The position numbers and the translations under genes are program-made. A stretch of DNA of 63,998 nt, filler included, from Malassezia furfur (lineage: Eukaryota), in assembly GCA_052055015.1 (NCBI GenBank). It is 4 parts of 4 records of this genome, joined end to end, with 100 filler letters (N's around TTAATTAATTAA, not from the genome) between each part and the next. Parts side by side here need not be neighbours in the genome. Positions count along the whole stretch, not along the records: positions 35,190 to 52,633 come from JBQJIT010000223.1; positions 52,734 to 63,998 come from JBQJIT010000362.1; 2 more parts are not named here. The stretch is one strand, 5' to 3'. The notes beneath the pieces were generated by a model that worked only from the letters and a program-made list of their open reading frames with translations, did not search any database and was not told the DNA's origin. Positions 42,344-53,203 of the stretch are shown here, one piece after another. Position 1 is the first letter of the stretch; each line of letters begins with the position of its first letter.

Positions 42344-43288
42344 ATGACGTCTCGTGTGGAAGAGACCAAAAAGCTGAACAAGCAGCTCTCGAAAGCTGCG
42401 AGCGACGGCAAGACGGAAGATGTGCTGGCGCTCCTCAAGCAGCTCAAACAGGTGGTCGAGCCGACCGAGGAGCTGATTCGGGTATGTCGCGCGACTCACA
42501 CAGGCGACCAAGATTGGCGTGGCCGTTGGCAAACTGCGCACGCACGCGGACGCACGCATCTCGGACCTGGCCAAGGAGCTGGTCAAGACATGGAAAGCGC
42601 AGGTGGAAAAGCAGCGTCGCGAAAGCAGCGCGAAAGATAAGCCCAAGGCCGAGCCGGCGGCAGCAGCGGCGGCGGAGCCAGCGGCGCCCGCCGAGGCGCC
42701 TGTCAAATCGGACAAGCCGGTGAACATCGACTTTGAGGTGCTGAACGACAAGACGCGCAATGCGTGCCTGAAGCTGCTGTACTCGAGCTTGGAGCTGGCA
42801 CCTAACGCGGATGCGCAGGTTGTGTACAGCGTCGCGATGCGGATCGAGCAGGCAACGCTCGACACGATCGGCCACGGCGCCGTGAACGGCGACTACCGTG
42901 CCAAGATCCGCAGCTTGAGCCTGAACCTGAAGGACAAAAACAACCCCGAGCTTCGTGAGCAGGTGCTGTTGGGCGAAATTACCCCGGAAAAGCTCGTGGT
43001 GATGCGGTCTGAGGTGCGTGCGCCCCCACTAACGCCAGGACATGGCCTCGAGTGCACGCAAGGCCGAGCGCGAGCGTCTGCAGGAGCAAAACTTGCACAA
43101 CGCCAAGGGCGCCGAGGCACAGGAAGCCGAGACCGATGCGTTCCAGTGCGGCAAGTGCAAGCAGCGCAAGACCCGCTACTACCAGATGCAGACACGCAGT
43201 GCCGATGAGCCTATGTACGTGCGCAACTAACGCCAGGACCACGTTTGTGACGTGTGTGAATTGTAACAACAAGTGGAAGTTTTGCTAG
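42344..43288 (+). CDS. DST1: Transcription elongation factor TFIIS
   Basis: TKIGVAVGKLR, YRAKIRSLSLNLKDKNNPELR, CGKCKQRKTRYYQMQTRSADEPM|TTFVTCVNCNNKWKFC; introns 42482-42503, 43014-43038, 43215-43236. Confidence 0.96.
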
Positions 43289-43383
43289 TCTGTACTGTAG
43301 CCCTGTATTCAAGCCTCGTGGCAAATCCAAAAAAAAAAAAATTCCAACGCACAAGCCGCGCCTCCGTTTTCGGCCTTGCGACG

Positions 43384-46300
43384 ATGGGACGCGACTTCCG
43401 CCCGAAGGGGAAAGGCGGTGCACCGCGCGCGCGTCCGAAGCATGCAGACACGGACGACGAGGACGTGCCAGACGAGGAACTGCTCCGCCAGGTGCAGGCG
43501 CTCGGCGGCGATGCGGACGACGTCGCGCTGATGCGCAGCAAAGGCAGCGGCACGCAGGTGAATGACGCCCAGCTCTCGTCGGAGCTGGCCGAGTTTATGA
43601 AGAAGGAGAACATGCAGCTACCCGCCCTGAGCGCAGCCTCGCCGAATGCACGCGCGCAGACGAAGCCCGCGAAGGCAAAGGCAGCCGCGCCGGACGCACA
43701 TACCAAGGACGCAGCGCGCGCCGAGGCGCCCAAGAAGGGCGCGGCGCGTGACGAGCGCAGCGCCGAGGCGCCCAAGAAGGGCGCAGGGCGTGACGAACGC
43801 AATGGTGACACGCCCAAGAAGGGCGCGGCGCGCACGCGCGACGCCAAGCCGGCGGCCGAGGCGCGGCCCAAGGGCGACCAGCAGCGTCACCGCGACGCTC
43901 CGCAGGCGGCGGCGCCCGCGCGCGCCGCAGGCAAGCACATGGTGTTTGAGGGCGACACGCCGCGCGTTGTCACTCCGTCGTCGATCAAGCTCCTGATCGA
44001 GCCCGTGTCGGAGTGGACGTCGCTGCCGCTGCCTACGCTGCCGGCGGCGCCCGCCAAGACGCCCAAGACGGTGCCGGACGCGACGGTCGATGCGCTGCAT
44101 GCGCTCGGCGACCAAGTGCTGCGGGACGAGGGCGAGACGTACACGCGCCTGGGCAACGGCGAGGGCGGGCGCAACGTGACCCTCGGCACGCTGACGCAGT
44201 CGGACCTGCAGTTTGCACGCACGCTGCTTACTTCGAACAAGGCCGGTACGCTCTCTGACCGCATCTCGGCGGTGACGCTGCTGCTGCAAAACAGCCCGCT
44301 GCACAACACCAAGGCGCTCGAGACGCTGATGCACATGGCGGGCAAGCCCGGGCGCGAGGAGGCGAGCCGCGCGACGCGTGCGCTGGCCGACTGGTTCGCT
44401 AGCGGCGGTGGGCTGGGCCCGAGCAAGCTGCACTACTTCCGTGACCAGCCGGCGCTGCGTGACGCGGCGGGCGTGTACGCGAGCGGCACGACGCAGGCGC
44501 TGCGCCTGTGCGTGTGTGTGTGGGCGTACGAGGACCTGCTGAAGAAGACCTACTTTGCGTTTGTGCAGCTGCTCGAGCGGCAGTCGCACGACACGCTGCT
44601 GTTCATGCGGAAGCAGGCGGTGACGCAGATCTTTATGCTGCTGCGCGACAAGCCCGAGCAGGAGCACAACCTGCTGCGCTTGCTCACGAACAAGCTCGGT
44701 GACCCCGACCGGAGCGTCGCGTCCAAGGCGAGCACGCATCTGATGGAGCTGCTGCACGCGCACCCTGCGATGAAGGGCATCGTCCTGCGCGAGGTCAGCG
44801 AGACGGTGCTGCGCTCGCAGGTGGTCGGCGCCGAGGCCAAGGACGGCAAGGCGCGCGGTAACCAGCACGCAACGTACTACGGCGTGCTGACGCTCAACCA
44901 GACGCTCTTTACGACGCAGGACGCGGAGCTGGCGAACGAGGTGTTTTCCGTGTACTTCCAGCTGTTTGACGTATGCCTCGCGCAGGAGGCCGCGGCCGAG
45001 AAGCGCGGGCCGGCGCCGGACACGGACGGCGCGCGCGACAAGAAGCGGTGGCGCGACAAGAAGGCGCCGACGAGCCGCGAGCAGGTGAACAAGGCGGCGT
45101 CGGACGTCGACAGCCGGCTGCTCGCCGCGATTCTCACCGGCATCCGCCGCGTGTTCCCCTTTACGACGCTGAGCTCCGCGGCGCTCGACAAGCACCTCGA
45201 CACGCTCTTCCGCATCACGCACACGCACTCGTTCAACATCGCGATCCAGGCGCTCCAACTCGTGTTCCAGGTGGCGATCGGCACGTCGCGCGACGCCGAT
45301 GCGCCGCAGTTCTCGTCGCAGGTCGCCGACCGCTACTACCGCACGCTGTACGACTCGCTGCTCGACACGCGCCTCGCGACGACGAGCAAGCAGGCCATGT
45401 ACCTCAACCTGCTGTACAAGTCGCTCAAGGCGGACCTGGATGGCGAGCGCGTCAAGGCGTTTGTCAAGCGGCTGTGCCAGATCCTCGCGCTGCAGGAGCC
45501 GCCGTTCATCTGCGGCGCGCTCGTGCTGCTCAGCCAGCTGTTTGCCGCGTCGCCGGGCCTGCGTGCGATGCTCACCGAGCCCGAGGAGGAGGGCGTCGAG
45601 CACTTTGCCGACCAGACCGAGGAGGCCGCACCCAGCGCCAAGCCGGCGCAGGCCACGTCGCTCTACGACGGGCGCAAGCGTGACCCCCGCTTTGCGCGCG
45701 CGGGCGACACCGCGCTGTGGGACATCTTGCCGCTCGTGCGCCACTTCCACCCGTCGGTCAGCCTGAACGCGAAGCAGCTGATCGCCGGCGAAAAGGTCAC
45801 GTCGAACCCCGACCTGACGCTCAATACGCTCATGCACTTCCTCGACCGCTTCGTGTTCCGCAACCCCAAGAAGGTGTCCGCAGTGAAGGGCTCGAGCATC
45901 ATGCAGCCGGCGCTCAGCGGCGACCTGGACGCCGACGTGGTGGTGCGCCGCAGCCAAGTGCCGCTCGACTATGTCAACTCGGCGGCGTTCTGGAACCAGC
46001 GCCCCGAGAACGTGCCGGCCGACCAGCAGTTCTTCCTGCAGTACTTCCAGACGAAGCAGAAGCGCGCAGGACAGGCGCCTGCGCCTGCCGATGCCCATGA
46101 CGAGGCGGGCAGTGCGGACGACGTGAGCGATGCGGAACTGAGCGCCGACGAGGAGGAGGAGAAGGAGATCTGGAAGGCGATGAAGCGCTCGATCCCGCAG
46201 GAGCGCGAGGACGACGTGGATATCGATGACGACGACGACATGCTCGAGGCGCTCGAGGGTGACGAGGACGACGAGGGTGACGAGGACGAAGGAGAGGAGG

Positions 46301-46671
46301 GCGCAGAGCAGGAGGGCGAAGACGAGGAAGAGGGCGAGGACGAGGAGGAGGAGGACGAGGCGGACGAGGACGACGAGGAGGAGGAGGACGAGGACCAGGC
46401 TCACCTCGCAGGCTCCGACTCGGACGACGAGCCGGCCATGTTCCTCGAGGACGAAGACGATCTCGTGCCGTTTGCGCGCTTCGAGGACGACTCGGACGAG
46501 GAGACGGCGACGGCGGGCAAGAAGCGCCCCGCGGAGGATACCGATGCGGCGCCTACGAGCAAGAACCGTAAGCGCACTGAACAGCGCCGCAAGCGCCGCG
46601 AGGCGCCCGCGTTCGCGAGCGCCGAAGATTATGCCCACATGCTCGCGTCCGACGACGAGGGCAACCTGTAA
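43384..46671 (+). CDS. MAK21: CBF/Mak21 (Noc1) 60S biogenesis protein
   Basis: GTLSDRISA, KPEQEHNLLRLLTNKLGD, DRYYRTLYDSLLD, YDGRKRDPRFA, HFHPSV, LMHFLDRFVFRNPK, acidic tail and FASAEDYAHML. Confidence 0.93.
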   Translation: MGRDFRPKGKGGAPRARPKHADTDDEDVPDEELLRQVQALGGDADDVALMRSKGSGTQVNDAQLSSELAEFMKKENMQLPALSAASPNARAQTKPAKAKAAAPDAHTKDAARAEAPKKGAARDERSAEAPKKGAGRDERNGDTPKKGAARTRDAKPAAEARPKGDQQRHRDAPQAAAPARAAGKHMVFEGDTPRVVTPSSIKLLIEPVSEWTSLPLPTLPAAPAKTPKTVPDATVDALHALGDQVLRDEGETYTRLGNGEGGRNVTLGTLTQSDLQFARTLLTSNKAGTLSDRISAVTLLLQNSPLHNTKALETLMHMAGKPGREEASRATRALADWFASGGGLGPSKLHYFRDQPALRDAAGVYASGTTQALRLCVCVWAYEDLLKKTYFAFVQLLERQSHDTLLFMRKQAVTQIFMLLRDKPEQEHNLLRLLTNKLGDPDRSVASKASTHLMELLHAHPAMKGIVLREVSETVLRSQVVGAEAKDGKARGNQHATYYGVLTLNQTLFTTQDAELANEVFSVYFQLFDVCLAQEAAAEKRGPAPDTDGARDKKRWRDKKAPTSREQVNKAASDVDSRLLAAILTGIRRVFPFTTLSSAALDKHLDTLFRITHTHSFNIAIQALQLVFQVAIGTSRDADAPQFSSQVADRYYRTLYDSLLDTRLATTSKQAMYLNLLYKSLKADLDGERVKAFVKRLCQILALQEPPFICGALVLLSQLFAASPGLRAMLTEPEEEGVEHFADQTEEAAPSAKPAQATSLYDGRKRDPRFARAGDTALWDILPLVRHFHPSVSLNAKQLIAGEKVTSNPDLTLNTLMHFLDRFVFRNPKKVSAVKGSSIMQPALSGDLDADVVVRRSQVPLDYVNSAAFWNQRPENVPADQQFFLQYFQTKQKRAGQAPAPADAHDEAGSADDVSDAELSADEEEEKEIWKAMKRSIPQEREDDVDIDDDDDMLEALEGDEDDEGDEDEGEEGAEQEGEDEEEGEDEEEEDEADEDDEEEEDEDQAHLAGSDSDDEPAMFLEDEDDLVPFARFEDDSDEETATAGKKRPAEDTDAAPTSKNRKRTEQRRKRREAPAFASAEDYAHMLASDDEGNL
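43718..43843 (+). repeat. Coding tandem repeat, three imperfect 42-nt units (xxxPKKGAxRxxxx) in the MAK21 N-terminus
   Basis: GCCCAAGAAGGGCGC core recurs at 42-nt spacing: AEAPKKGAARDERS / AEAPKKGAGRDERN / GDTPKKGAARTRDA. Confidence 0.7.
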
Positions 46672-46705
46672 TGCCATAGCCTCCACATCTTTTTTCCACA
46701 CGACT

Positions 46706-48043
46706 ATGGCCGCGCGGCGGACGATCGCGGCGGGGGACGTGGTGATTGTGTTCGTGGTACGTCGCCCCTCTTACGCAGTCGCGCGACCGCACACCCACCG
46801 CAGTATGCGTTGAACCCGGGCAGCAGCTCGTTAACCTGTATGGGACGTTTCCGCACGACGACATGATCGGCAAGCCGTATGGCTGCAAGGTATGCCGCGC
46901 CGTCTCACGCAGCTCCACGCGCGCAACCGCAAGGGATTCGTGTATTTGCTGCGCCCTACGCCAGAGCTGTGGACCGTGTCGCTTCCGCACCGGACGCAGA
47001 TCCTGTATGCACCCGACATGTCGTTCATCGTCATGAAACTCAACGTCACGCCCGGGGCGGCGGTCATTGAGGCGGGCACCGGCAGCGGCAGCTTTACGCA
47101 TACGCTCGCGCGCGCCGTCGCACGGGGGTCGCCGGCCGGCAGCGGCGAGGGGCAGCTGCCGCCCGCATGGAATGCAAACGCCGCACCGGCGCCGCCCGCG
47201 TTTGGGCCCATGGACGGTCGTGTGTATTCCTTCGAGTTCCACGGCGAGCGCGTCGAGCGCGCACGCGCCGAATTTGCCGCGCACAACCTCGACCGCACCG
47301 TGCAGCTTGCGCACCGCAACGTGTGCAAGGACGGCTTTGGGCTTGACCACGTCGCGGACGCCGTCTTCCTCGACCTGCCGGCGCCGTGGGAAGCCGTGCC
47401 GCATGTGGCCCAGGCGGTGCGCCGCGACGTGGCGACACGCATCTGCTGCTTCTCTCCGTGCATTGAGCAGGTGCTGCGTACCGTCACGGCTCTGTCGGAG
47501 CACGGCTTCCACGACATTTCTACGTACGAGAGTCTGATCCGCACGCACGAATCGCTGACGAACGTCGCGCCGCTCGAGACGGTCAGCGACGTCGTCGACC
47601 GCATCCGTGCAAGCGAGCGGCGGCGCGAGAGCCGGCGCGAGATGCAGATCGCCAACTCGCGGCAGGAGCGCGAGCGCAAGCAGGCCGAAAAGGCCAGGCA
47701 GGCGGCCGAGGCGGCCGGCGAGCCGATGGACGACGGAGCGGCAGCGCCGCAGCCGGGAGACAGCGGTGCAGCGGCGCAGGCTGACGCGCCCGACACGCCC
47801 GACGCGCCGCCCGCCAAGCGCAAGCTCGACGAGGCCGACGACGATGTCGAGCACAAGCGACTCAGCGCGCCTTCCGACGACGCGCCGAGTGAACCGCCGG
47901 CCGAAATGCTGTACAGCGCCGGCTTCCGCCAAAAGACCGAGATCCGGCCGATGGTCGCGGCGAATGTGTATTCGCGCCCCTTTCCCCAGATGCGGGGGCA
48001 CACGAGCTATTTGACGTTTGCGACGCTGCAGCCGCAGGCCTAG
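46706..48043 (+). CDS. TRM61: tRNA m1A58 methyltransferase catalytic subunit
   Basis: LLRPTPELWTVSLPHRTQILY, IEAGTGSGSF, AVFLDLPAPW, CFSPCIEQV, GHTSYLTFA; introns 46757-46778, 46890-46912. Confidence 0.95.
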
Positions 48044-48849
48044 TGGACATTATACCCCTGCAAGTCTCCTAAGAATGCCGCCTGCGTTGTCGCGATCGGG
48101 GTATCGGTAGGCGTATAGTGGATGCACACGACAAAGTGCTCGGCGCTCGACGCACGGCTGCTGCTCGGCTTGACGAGTTCGACGTGCGCAAAGAGACGGC
48201 GCAGCTGCGCGACGAGCATGCGCGACGCCTCGTCGGGCGGGTGCGCAAACACCTTGGCGAGGAACGTGCCGCCCGGGCGCAGCATGCGCAGCGCCATCGT
48301 CAGCGCCGCCGTCAGCAGCTGTGCCTGGGCGTATTCGTCGAGGGCCTGAATGCCCGTCACGTCTGGCGCACCGTCGCACACGATCAGGTCTGCCTGGTGC
48401 GCCGTCGTGCCGTGCTGGGCATCGCGAAAGGCGCGCTCCACGGCCTGGGCCGTCGCTTCGGTGGTGATGTCGCCGACCACCTGCACGACGCCGTCCAGGG
48501 GCGCCATGGCCTGCAGGTCGACGGCGACGATGCAGGCGCCACTGCTGCTCAGCGAGCGGCTTAGCACCTGGCTCCAGGAGCCTGGTGCCGCACACAGGTC
48601 CACGACGTACCCCGGCCGCGGTTCGGGCGCAGCGATGGCGCGGTGCACCGTCGATCCCAGCGGCCCCAGCAGGTCGACGAGCGCCTGCTCGCTCGGCGCA
48701 AGGTGCGCGGCGAGCGCGTGCGACTTGCCGCCAAACAGCCCGAATTCCTCATCGAGCTGGAGCAGCTTGAATGCGGACCGCGCGCGGTAGCCCTCCTGCT
48801 TGCCCTGCCGGTAGAAGGGGTCGCGCTGGTCCTTGGTCGACTTTCCCAT
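48040..48849 (-). CDS. TRM7: tRNA 2'-O-methyltransferase (FtsJ family)
   Basis: MGKSTKDQRDPFYRQGKQEGYRARSAFKLLQLDEEF, VDLCAAPGSWSQVL, CDGAPDVTG, KPSSSRASSAE. Confidence 0.92.
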   Translation of the reverse strand: MGKSTKDQRDPFYRQGKQEGYRARSAFKLLQLDEEFGLFGGKSHALAAHLAPSEQALVDLLGPLGSTVHRAIAAPEPRPGYVVDLCAAPGSWSQVLSRSLSSSGACIVAVDLQAMAPLDGVVQVVGDITTEATAQAVERAFRDAQHGTTAHQADLIVCDGAPDVTGIQALDEYAQAQLLTAALTMALRMLRPGGTFLAKVFAHPPDEASRMLVAQLRRLFAHVELVKPSSSRASSAEHFVVCIHYTPTDTPIATTQAAFLGDLQGYNVH

Positions 48850-48872
48850 CCGCCGTGGAGGTGTGGAGGAGT

Positions 48873-50388
48873 ATGGACGCCGACGCGATTGCGAAGAAGC
48901 GCGCGGAGCGCGCGGCGCGCAAGCAGCAGGGCGCACAGACGAACGAGCCGCCGCCGCCGCCACTCGAGCAGCTGATTCGCGTGCGCGAGTGGGTGCCGGT
49001 GCGCGATGCACCCGAGGGCAAGCGCATTCGCGTCGTGAGCTGGAACATGCTGGCCCAGTCGCTCGTGCGCCGTGAGCTGTTTCCTGGAAGCGACTGCCTG
49101 AAGAACAAGGACCGGTTCCCGGGTCTTGAGGCCGAACTGGTGGCGTACGACTGGGATATTGGGTGCTTCCAGGAAGTGGACTGCATCCAGGAGCATGCTG
49201 CGACGCTCAAGCGGCACGGCTACGGCCACGTGTATGAGCGCGGCTACGATAACAAGCAGCATGGTCTGATGATTGCGTGGCGCTCCGATCCCAACGCACG
49301 CACCTCGTTTGATGCACCGATGTACAAGCGTGTGGTGTACTACGACGATGCGCGTCCCAGGGAGCTGTATGCGCGCACGCATTCGGACGCAGCGCCTGCG
49401 AGCGCCGAAGAGGCGGAGAACGGCACGGAGTACGCGCCCGACGCCGCGATGGGCTCGTCGGACGCCGCATCGGCCACGAGCGTCTCGCGGCTGACACGCA
49501 ACATTGCGCTGATCGTTGCTCTGGCAGACCGCTCGTTCGAGAGCGGCGTGATTGTCGCGACGACGCACCTGTTCTGGCACCCAAAGTATGCATACGAGCG
49601 CGTGCGGCAGGCCGCGATTCTTTTGCAGGAGATCGAGGCGTTCCGTACGGATCCTGCAAACCCCGGCATTGCCGACTGGCCGGTGGTGCTGGCCGGTGAC
49701 TTCAACGACCAGCCGCACTCGCCCACGTACACGCTGCTCACTGGACAGGGCCGCACGTACGGGCACGAACTGCGTACGGCACTGCAGGAGTCGCGTATTG
49801 TGCACTCGTCCGTGGACGATGTGCGTGGGATGCGCACGGCCAACTATGCACACACCTCGACCGAGTCGGGCGACTCGGACCGTGTGCTGGGCCGCTTCCG
49901 CCCGCCGGCGCGACAGGAGCTGCTGACCCTGGAAGAGATCCAGCGCATGTTTGTGCTGCCGGCGCACGACGGCGCCGGGTGCCTACAGAGCGTGTACGGT
50001 GCGGCGCTCCCGCGCCTCGTCACGGACGAGTCCGGGACGTATTTCCGCGTACGTCGCACCTACTGACCCCAGGACCGCGGCACCAAGCCGGAGCGCTACG
50101 ACGAAACGGAGCGTGCGCCGCCCACCGACCCGCGGCAGTGCACGAGCACGGAGCCGATGTGGACGATGTACTCGTCGCTCTTCCACCTCACGCTCGGTAC
50201 GCTGCGCACACACTCACTCAGACTACATTATGCTCTTCCCCCGGCTCTCAACGGCGCGCGACTACCCGCCGATCACCGCGCTGCTGCGCCCGCACCCCGA
50301 CGCGGTGCTCGCGCCGGGCGTGCCGCGCAAGGGCGTGTGCAGTTCTGATCATGTGATGCTCGGCGTAGAATTCCTCGTAGGCCCTTGA
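48873..50388 (+). CDS. EEP (CCR4/Ngl-like) RNA nuclease/phosphatase
   Basis: VVSWNMLAQSLVRRELFP, CFQEVD, VATTHLFWHP, LAGDFN, LTL|DYI, SDHVML; introns 50049-50072, 50197-50221. Confidence 0.88.
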
Positions 50389-50399
50389 GTCCGTGCGCG

Positions 50400-51935
50400 A
50401 TGCCGTCGTGGACGCGTGCGGTGCGCGCGGCCCTGGAGGCCCCGCGGCCCGTGCAGGTGCTGCGTGTGCTGTGGTGTGCACTGGTCGTCTACGTCGAGCG
50501 CGTCGCTTTTTTGGTCGCGACGGTATCGTGCCGTCTTCCTGCGTCGGCGTCGGCGCAGCGCGTGCTGATTGTGAGCGACCCGCAGGTGGTGGGGCGCGAT
50601 ACGTATGCCGACTCTCCTGCGGCGCTCTTCCACGTCGTCCGCTTCTTCTCGGACCAGTACATACGCAAAGCATGGCGCGCGCTGCGCTCCGTCGCCGCGC
50701 CGCGTGCCGATCTCCTTGTGCTGCTCGGCGACCTGTCGGACCGCGGGCGATGGTACACGGCGCGCGAGCCATGGTATGCATTGCAGCGGCGCTGGGAACG
50801 CCTATTCCATGGCATTGCGGTCATCCGCAATGCATGGTCTCCGCGCAGCCCACGCGCTCTGCCGGCGCTCGTCGTGCCCGGCAACCATGACATTGGTCTG
50901 CCCGATGCCCAAACCGGGCAGCCGACGACGGCGAACGCGGCGGCGGCCGAGTGGTTCCGCGAAGCGTTTGCGCCGCATGTCGATGCTACGTATACCCTTG
51001 CCAACACGACGCACGCTTCGTGGAATGCTCGCATTCCGATCGCGGTACGTGGCAACGAACCGACGCACGAGTTGGTGCTGGTCGACGCGCTCAACCTCGT
51101 GAGTATGCAGCCGCTCTTGGCGCTGCCATTCGATGCAGGGGGTGCACACCTCGCGGCGGCCAAGGCGCGGGCGCCCGACACCGCCGCAATGATCGATGCC
51201 CTCGGCGCAGAGCTGGAGCAGCCCGGCTGGCACCCCGTACGCATTCTTTTTTCTCACGTCCCACTCGCGCGTAGCGCCGACGAGCGCTCCTGCGACGTGC
51301 CATGGCACTCGGCGCAGCACGGTGTGCGCCGCGAGTCGCACCGCGCGCGCGTGCCGGGCGGTGCCATCCTGCAGGGCGGCGACCTCGCACGGACCTACCA
51401 GAACCTCGTGCAGCCAGACATCTCGGCATGGGTGCTGGACGCCGTGCAGCCCGCGGCCGTGTTCTCGGGCGACGACCACGATCACTGCGAGGTCGTGCAC
51501 CGTGCGCGGCGCCAGCGCGCTGCCCGCGACGGCGGCGTGTCGGGGTTTGCGCCCGATGACGTCCCTGAGCTCACTGTGAAGTCCATGTCGATGGTCGAAG
51601 GCGTGCGCCGCCCAGGCTATGCATGGCTCACGCTCGATGTGCAGCCGAACGGCACGCCCTCGGTCGCGTACACGCCATGCCTTCTGCCGGACCAGGTGGG
51701 ACTGTGGTTGCTCGCGTACGTCCCGTTCTTAGTTGCGACGCTGCTGTACGTCGCATGGTGGTCCACGAAGCACACCTATACTGTCCTGCCGCAGCACGCC
51801 GACGACGTGCCGATGCAGCCTCTCGGCACGCCACGTCCTGGGCCTGCGCCGAAGCGCGTGCCGCGGCGCTTTCTGCGTAGCCTCGGCGCGGTCGCTGCAC
51901 CTCCGCTGATCGTATGGCTTGCGCTACAGCACTAA
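50400..51935 (+). CDS. ER metallophosphoesterase, Cdc1/MPPE1 family (GPI remodelling)
   Basis: IVSDPQ, LLGDLSDRGR, VPGNHDIG, ILFSHVPL, VFSGDDHDHC, ELTVKSMSM..GVRRPG; N- and C-terminal TMs. Confidence 0.85.
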   Translation: MPSWTRAVRAALEAPRPVQVLRVLWCALVVYVERVAFLVATVSCRLPASASAQRVLIVSDPQVVGRDTYADSPAALFHVVRFFSDQYIRKAWRALRSVAAPRADLLVLLGDLSDRGRWYTAREPWYALQRRWERLFHGIAVIRNAWSPRSPRALPALVVPGNHDIGLPDAQTGQPTTANAAAAEWFREAFAPHVDATYTLANTTHASWNARIPIAVRGNEPTHELVLVDALNLVSMQPLLALPFDAGGAHLAAAKARAPDTAAMIDALGAELEQPGWHPVRILFSHVPLARSADERSCDVPWHSAQHGVRRESHRARVPGGAILQGGDLARTYQNLVQPDISAWVLDAVQPAAVFSGDDHDHCEVVHRARRQRAARDGGVSGFAPDDVPELTVKSMSMVEGVRRPGYAWLTLDVQPNGTPSVAYTPCLLPDQVGLWLLAYVPFLVATLLYVAWWSTKHTYTVLPQHADDVPMQPLGTPRPGPAPKRVPRRFLRSLGAVAAPPLIVWLALQH

Positions 51936-52633
51936 GGTGCGGCACTCGCCTCGAGTGCCGCATTCGGCACGAGGCCGAGGTCTTTGAGCGACGCACTGCG
52001 CTCCTCGGCCGTAAAGGTGCGCCGCGGGAACGTCGTCGAGAACTGCAGCGCCGACGCACCGCCGCCATGCCCTGCCCCGAGCACAGTGGCCTCGAGATCG
52101 GCGAGCGTCGCCGTCGCAGGCAGCACACCCATCCACTGCCCGCCCGGCGCACGCACACGCAGGCGCGACTCGGTGGCACTGCTCGCCTTGGGCACAGGCG
52201 GTGCGGCAGGGGCGCCGCCGGCAGGCGCTGCACCGGGGAGTGGCGCACCCTCGCGTGCGGCCTTTTCGCGTGCGGCCTTTTCCGCACGGCGGCGCTTGTC
52301 CTCCTCGATCTGCGCCTTGACGCGCGCCTTAGCGGCGGCGTCCTCGAGCTTTTCGCGGCGCTTGCGCTCGGCATCCTTAAGGCGTTCTGTGTGAGCTGGC
52401 GGCGTACCTTTACGCTCGAGCTCCTCACGCGCCTGCCCCGCGTCCTGCCCCGCCTTGCGCCGAATCAGTTCGTTGGCGCGGCGTTCCTCGGCGTCCTGCG
52501 TCGCCTGCTTGGCGCGCTTCTCCTGCATCTTGGCACGCACTGGTCAATAGACACGACGTACATTCGGCGAGGCGCTGTTTCTTCTCCTCCTCGGTGAGCG
52601 GCTTGATTTCCTCGGTGCTCTCCTCAAAGTCGT
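51932..52633 (-). CDS. UBX-domain protein (UBXN1/SAKS1-like), 5'-truncated
   Basis: DFEESTEEIKPLTEEEKKQRLAELR, coiled coil, UBX tail FSTTFPRRTF...SLKDLGLVPNAAL; introns 52540-52561, 52387-52407. Confidence 0.85.
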
Positions 52634-52733
52634 NNNNNNNNNNNNNNNNNNNNNNNNNNNNNNNNNNNNNNNNNNNNTTAATTAATTAANNNNNNNNNNN
52701 NNNNNNNNNNNNNNNNNNNNNNNNNNNNNNNNN
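52634..52733. other. Artificial contig spacer
   Basis: Same 100-nt N/TTAATTAATTAA/N spacer. Confidence 0.98.
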
Positions 52734-53139
52734 GGCGTCTTGCGCACCTGCGCGTCCCAAGCCGCGCGGTCTTCGCCCGGCTCCAGCGTCGTGAGCGGCT
52801 GCGTGAGGTCGAGCTGCTGCCCGTGCGTGCGCAGGTGCATTTGCACCGTGTCCAGAAAGAAGTCGAGCGAGCCACGCACGAACCGCTCGTCCGATGCTAC
52901 GAACGCATGCAGCGGATCGAAGCGCAGCGGGAACGCGGCGTGCTTGCGCTGCTCGAGCTGCGACGTATGCACGGTGACTGCGTGAGTGCGCGCGACGTAC
53001 TTGACTCGACGCTCTGCTCAAACGGACGCATAAGCTGTGCAAAGTCCTGGGCGCCATTGCGCTGCGCGACCACGTCGACGTCGGCGCCGCTCAGCACCGC
53101 GACGCGCGGGCACAGCGCGCGGTGCACCGTGTCGGCCAT
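52734..53139 (-). CDS. TRAPP III subunit Trs85-like, N-terminal part, 3'-truncated
   Basis: RALCPRVAVLSGADVD...FAQLMRPFE...TVHTSQLE...FPLRF resembles the Trs85/TRAPPC8 N-terminus; intron 52978-53000. Confidence 0.65.
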
Positions 53140-53203
53140 GGCGGGGCAGGCGTGGTCCACGTGGTACCACGTGCGATGTGGGGCCCCTCCGGCTCTCGAC
53201 ACC

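Noticed and set aside
43329..43341. A13 tract between TFIIS and MAK21
   Set aside because: No target-site duplication or retroelement remnant; probably a simple promoter/terminator element.
43618..46701. Very long antisense or alternate-frame ORFs (e.g. 1027 aa here, 939 aa at 35335-38154, 707 aa at 13471-15594, 832 aa at 4559-7057)
   Set aside because: Shadow ORFs expected from high-GC codon bias opposite real genes; Arg/Ala-rich with no recognisable motifs.
43384..50388. Run of RNA-processing genes (MAK21, TRM61, TRM7, Ngl-like) as a functional cluster
   Set aside because: Common gene class in a dense housekeeping region; nothing beyond chance is evident.
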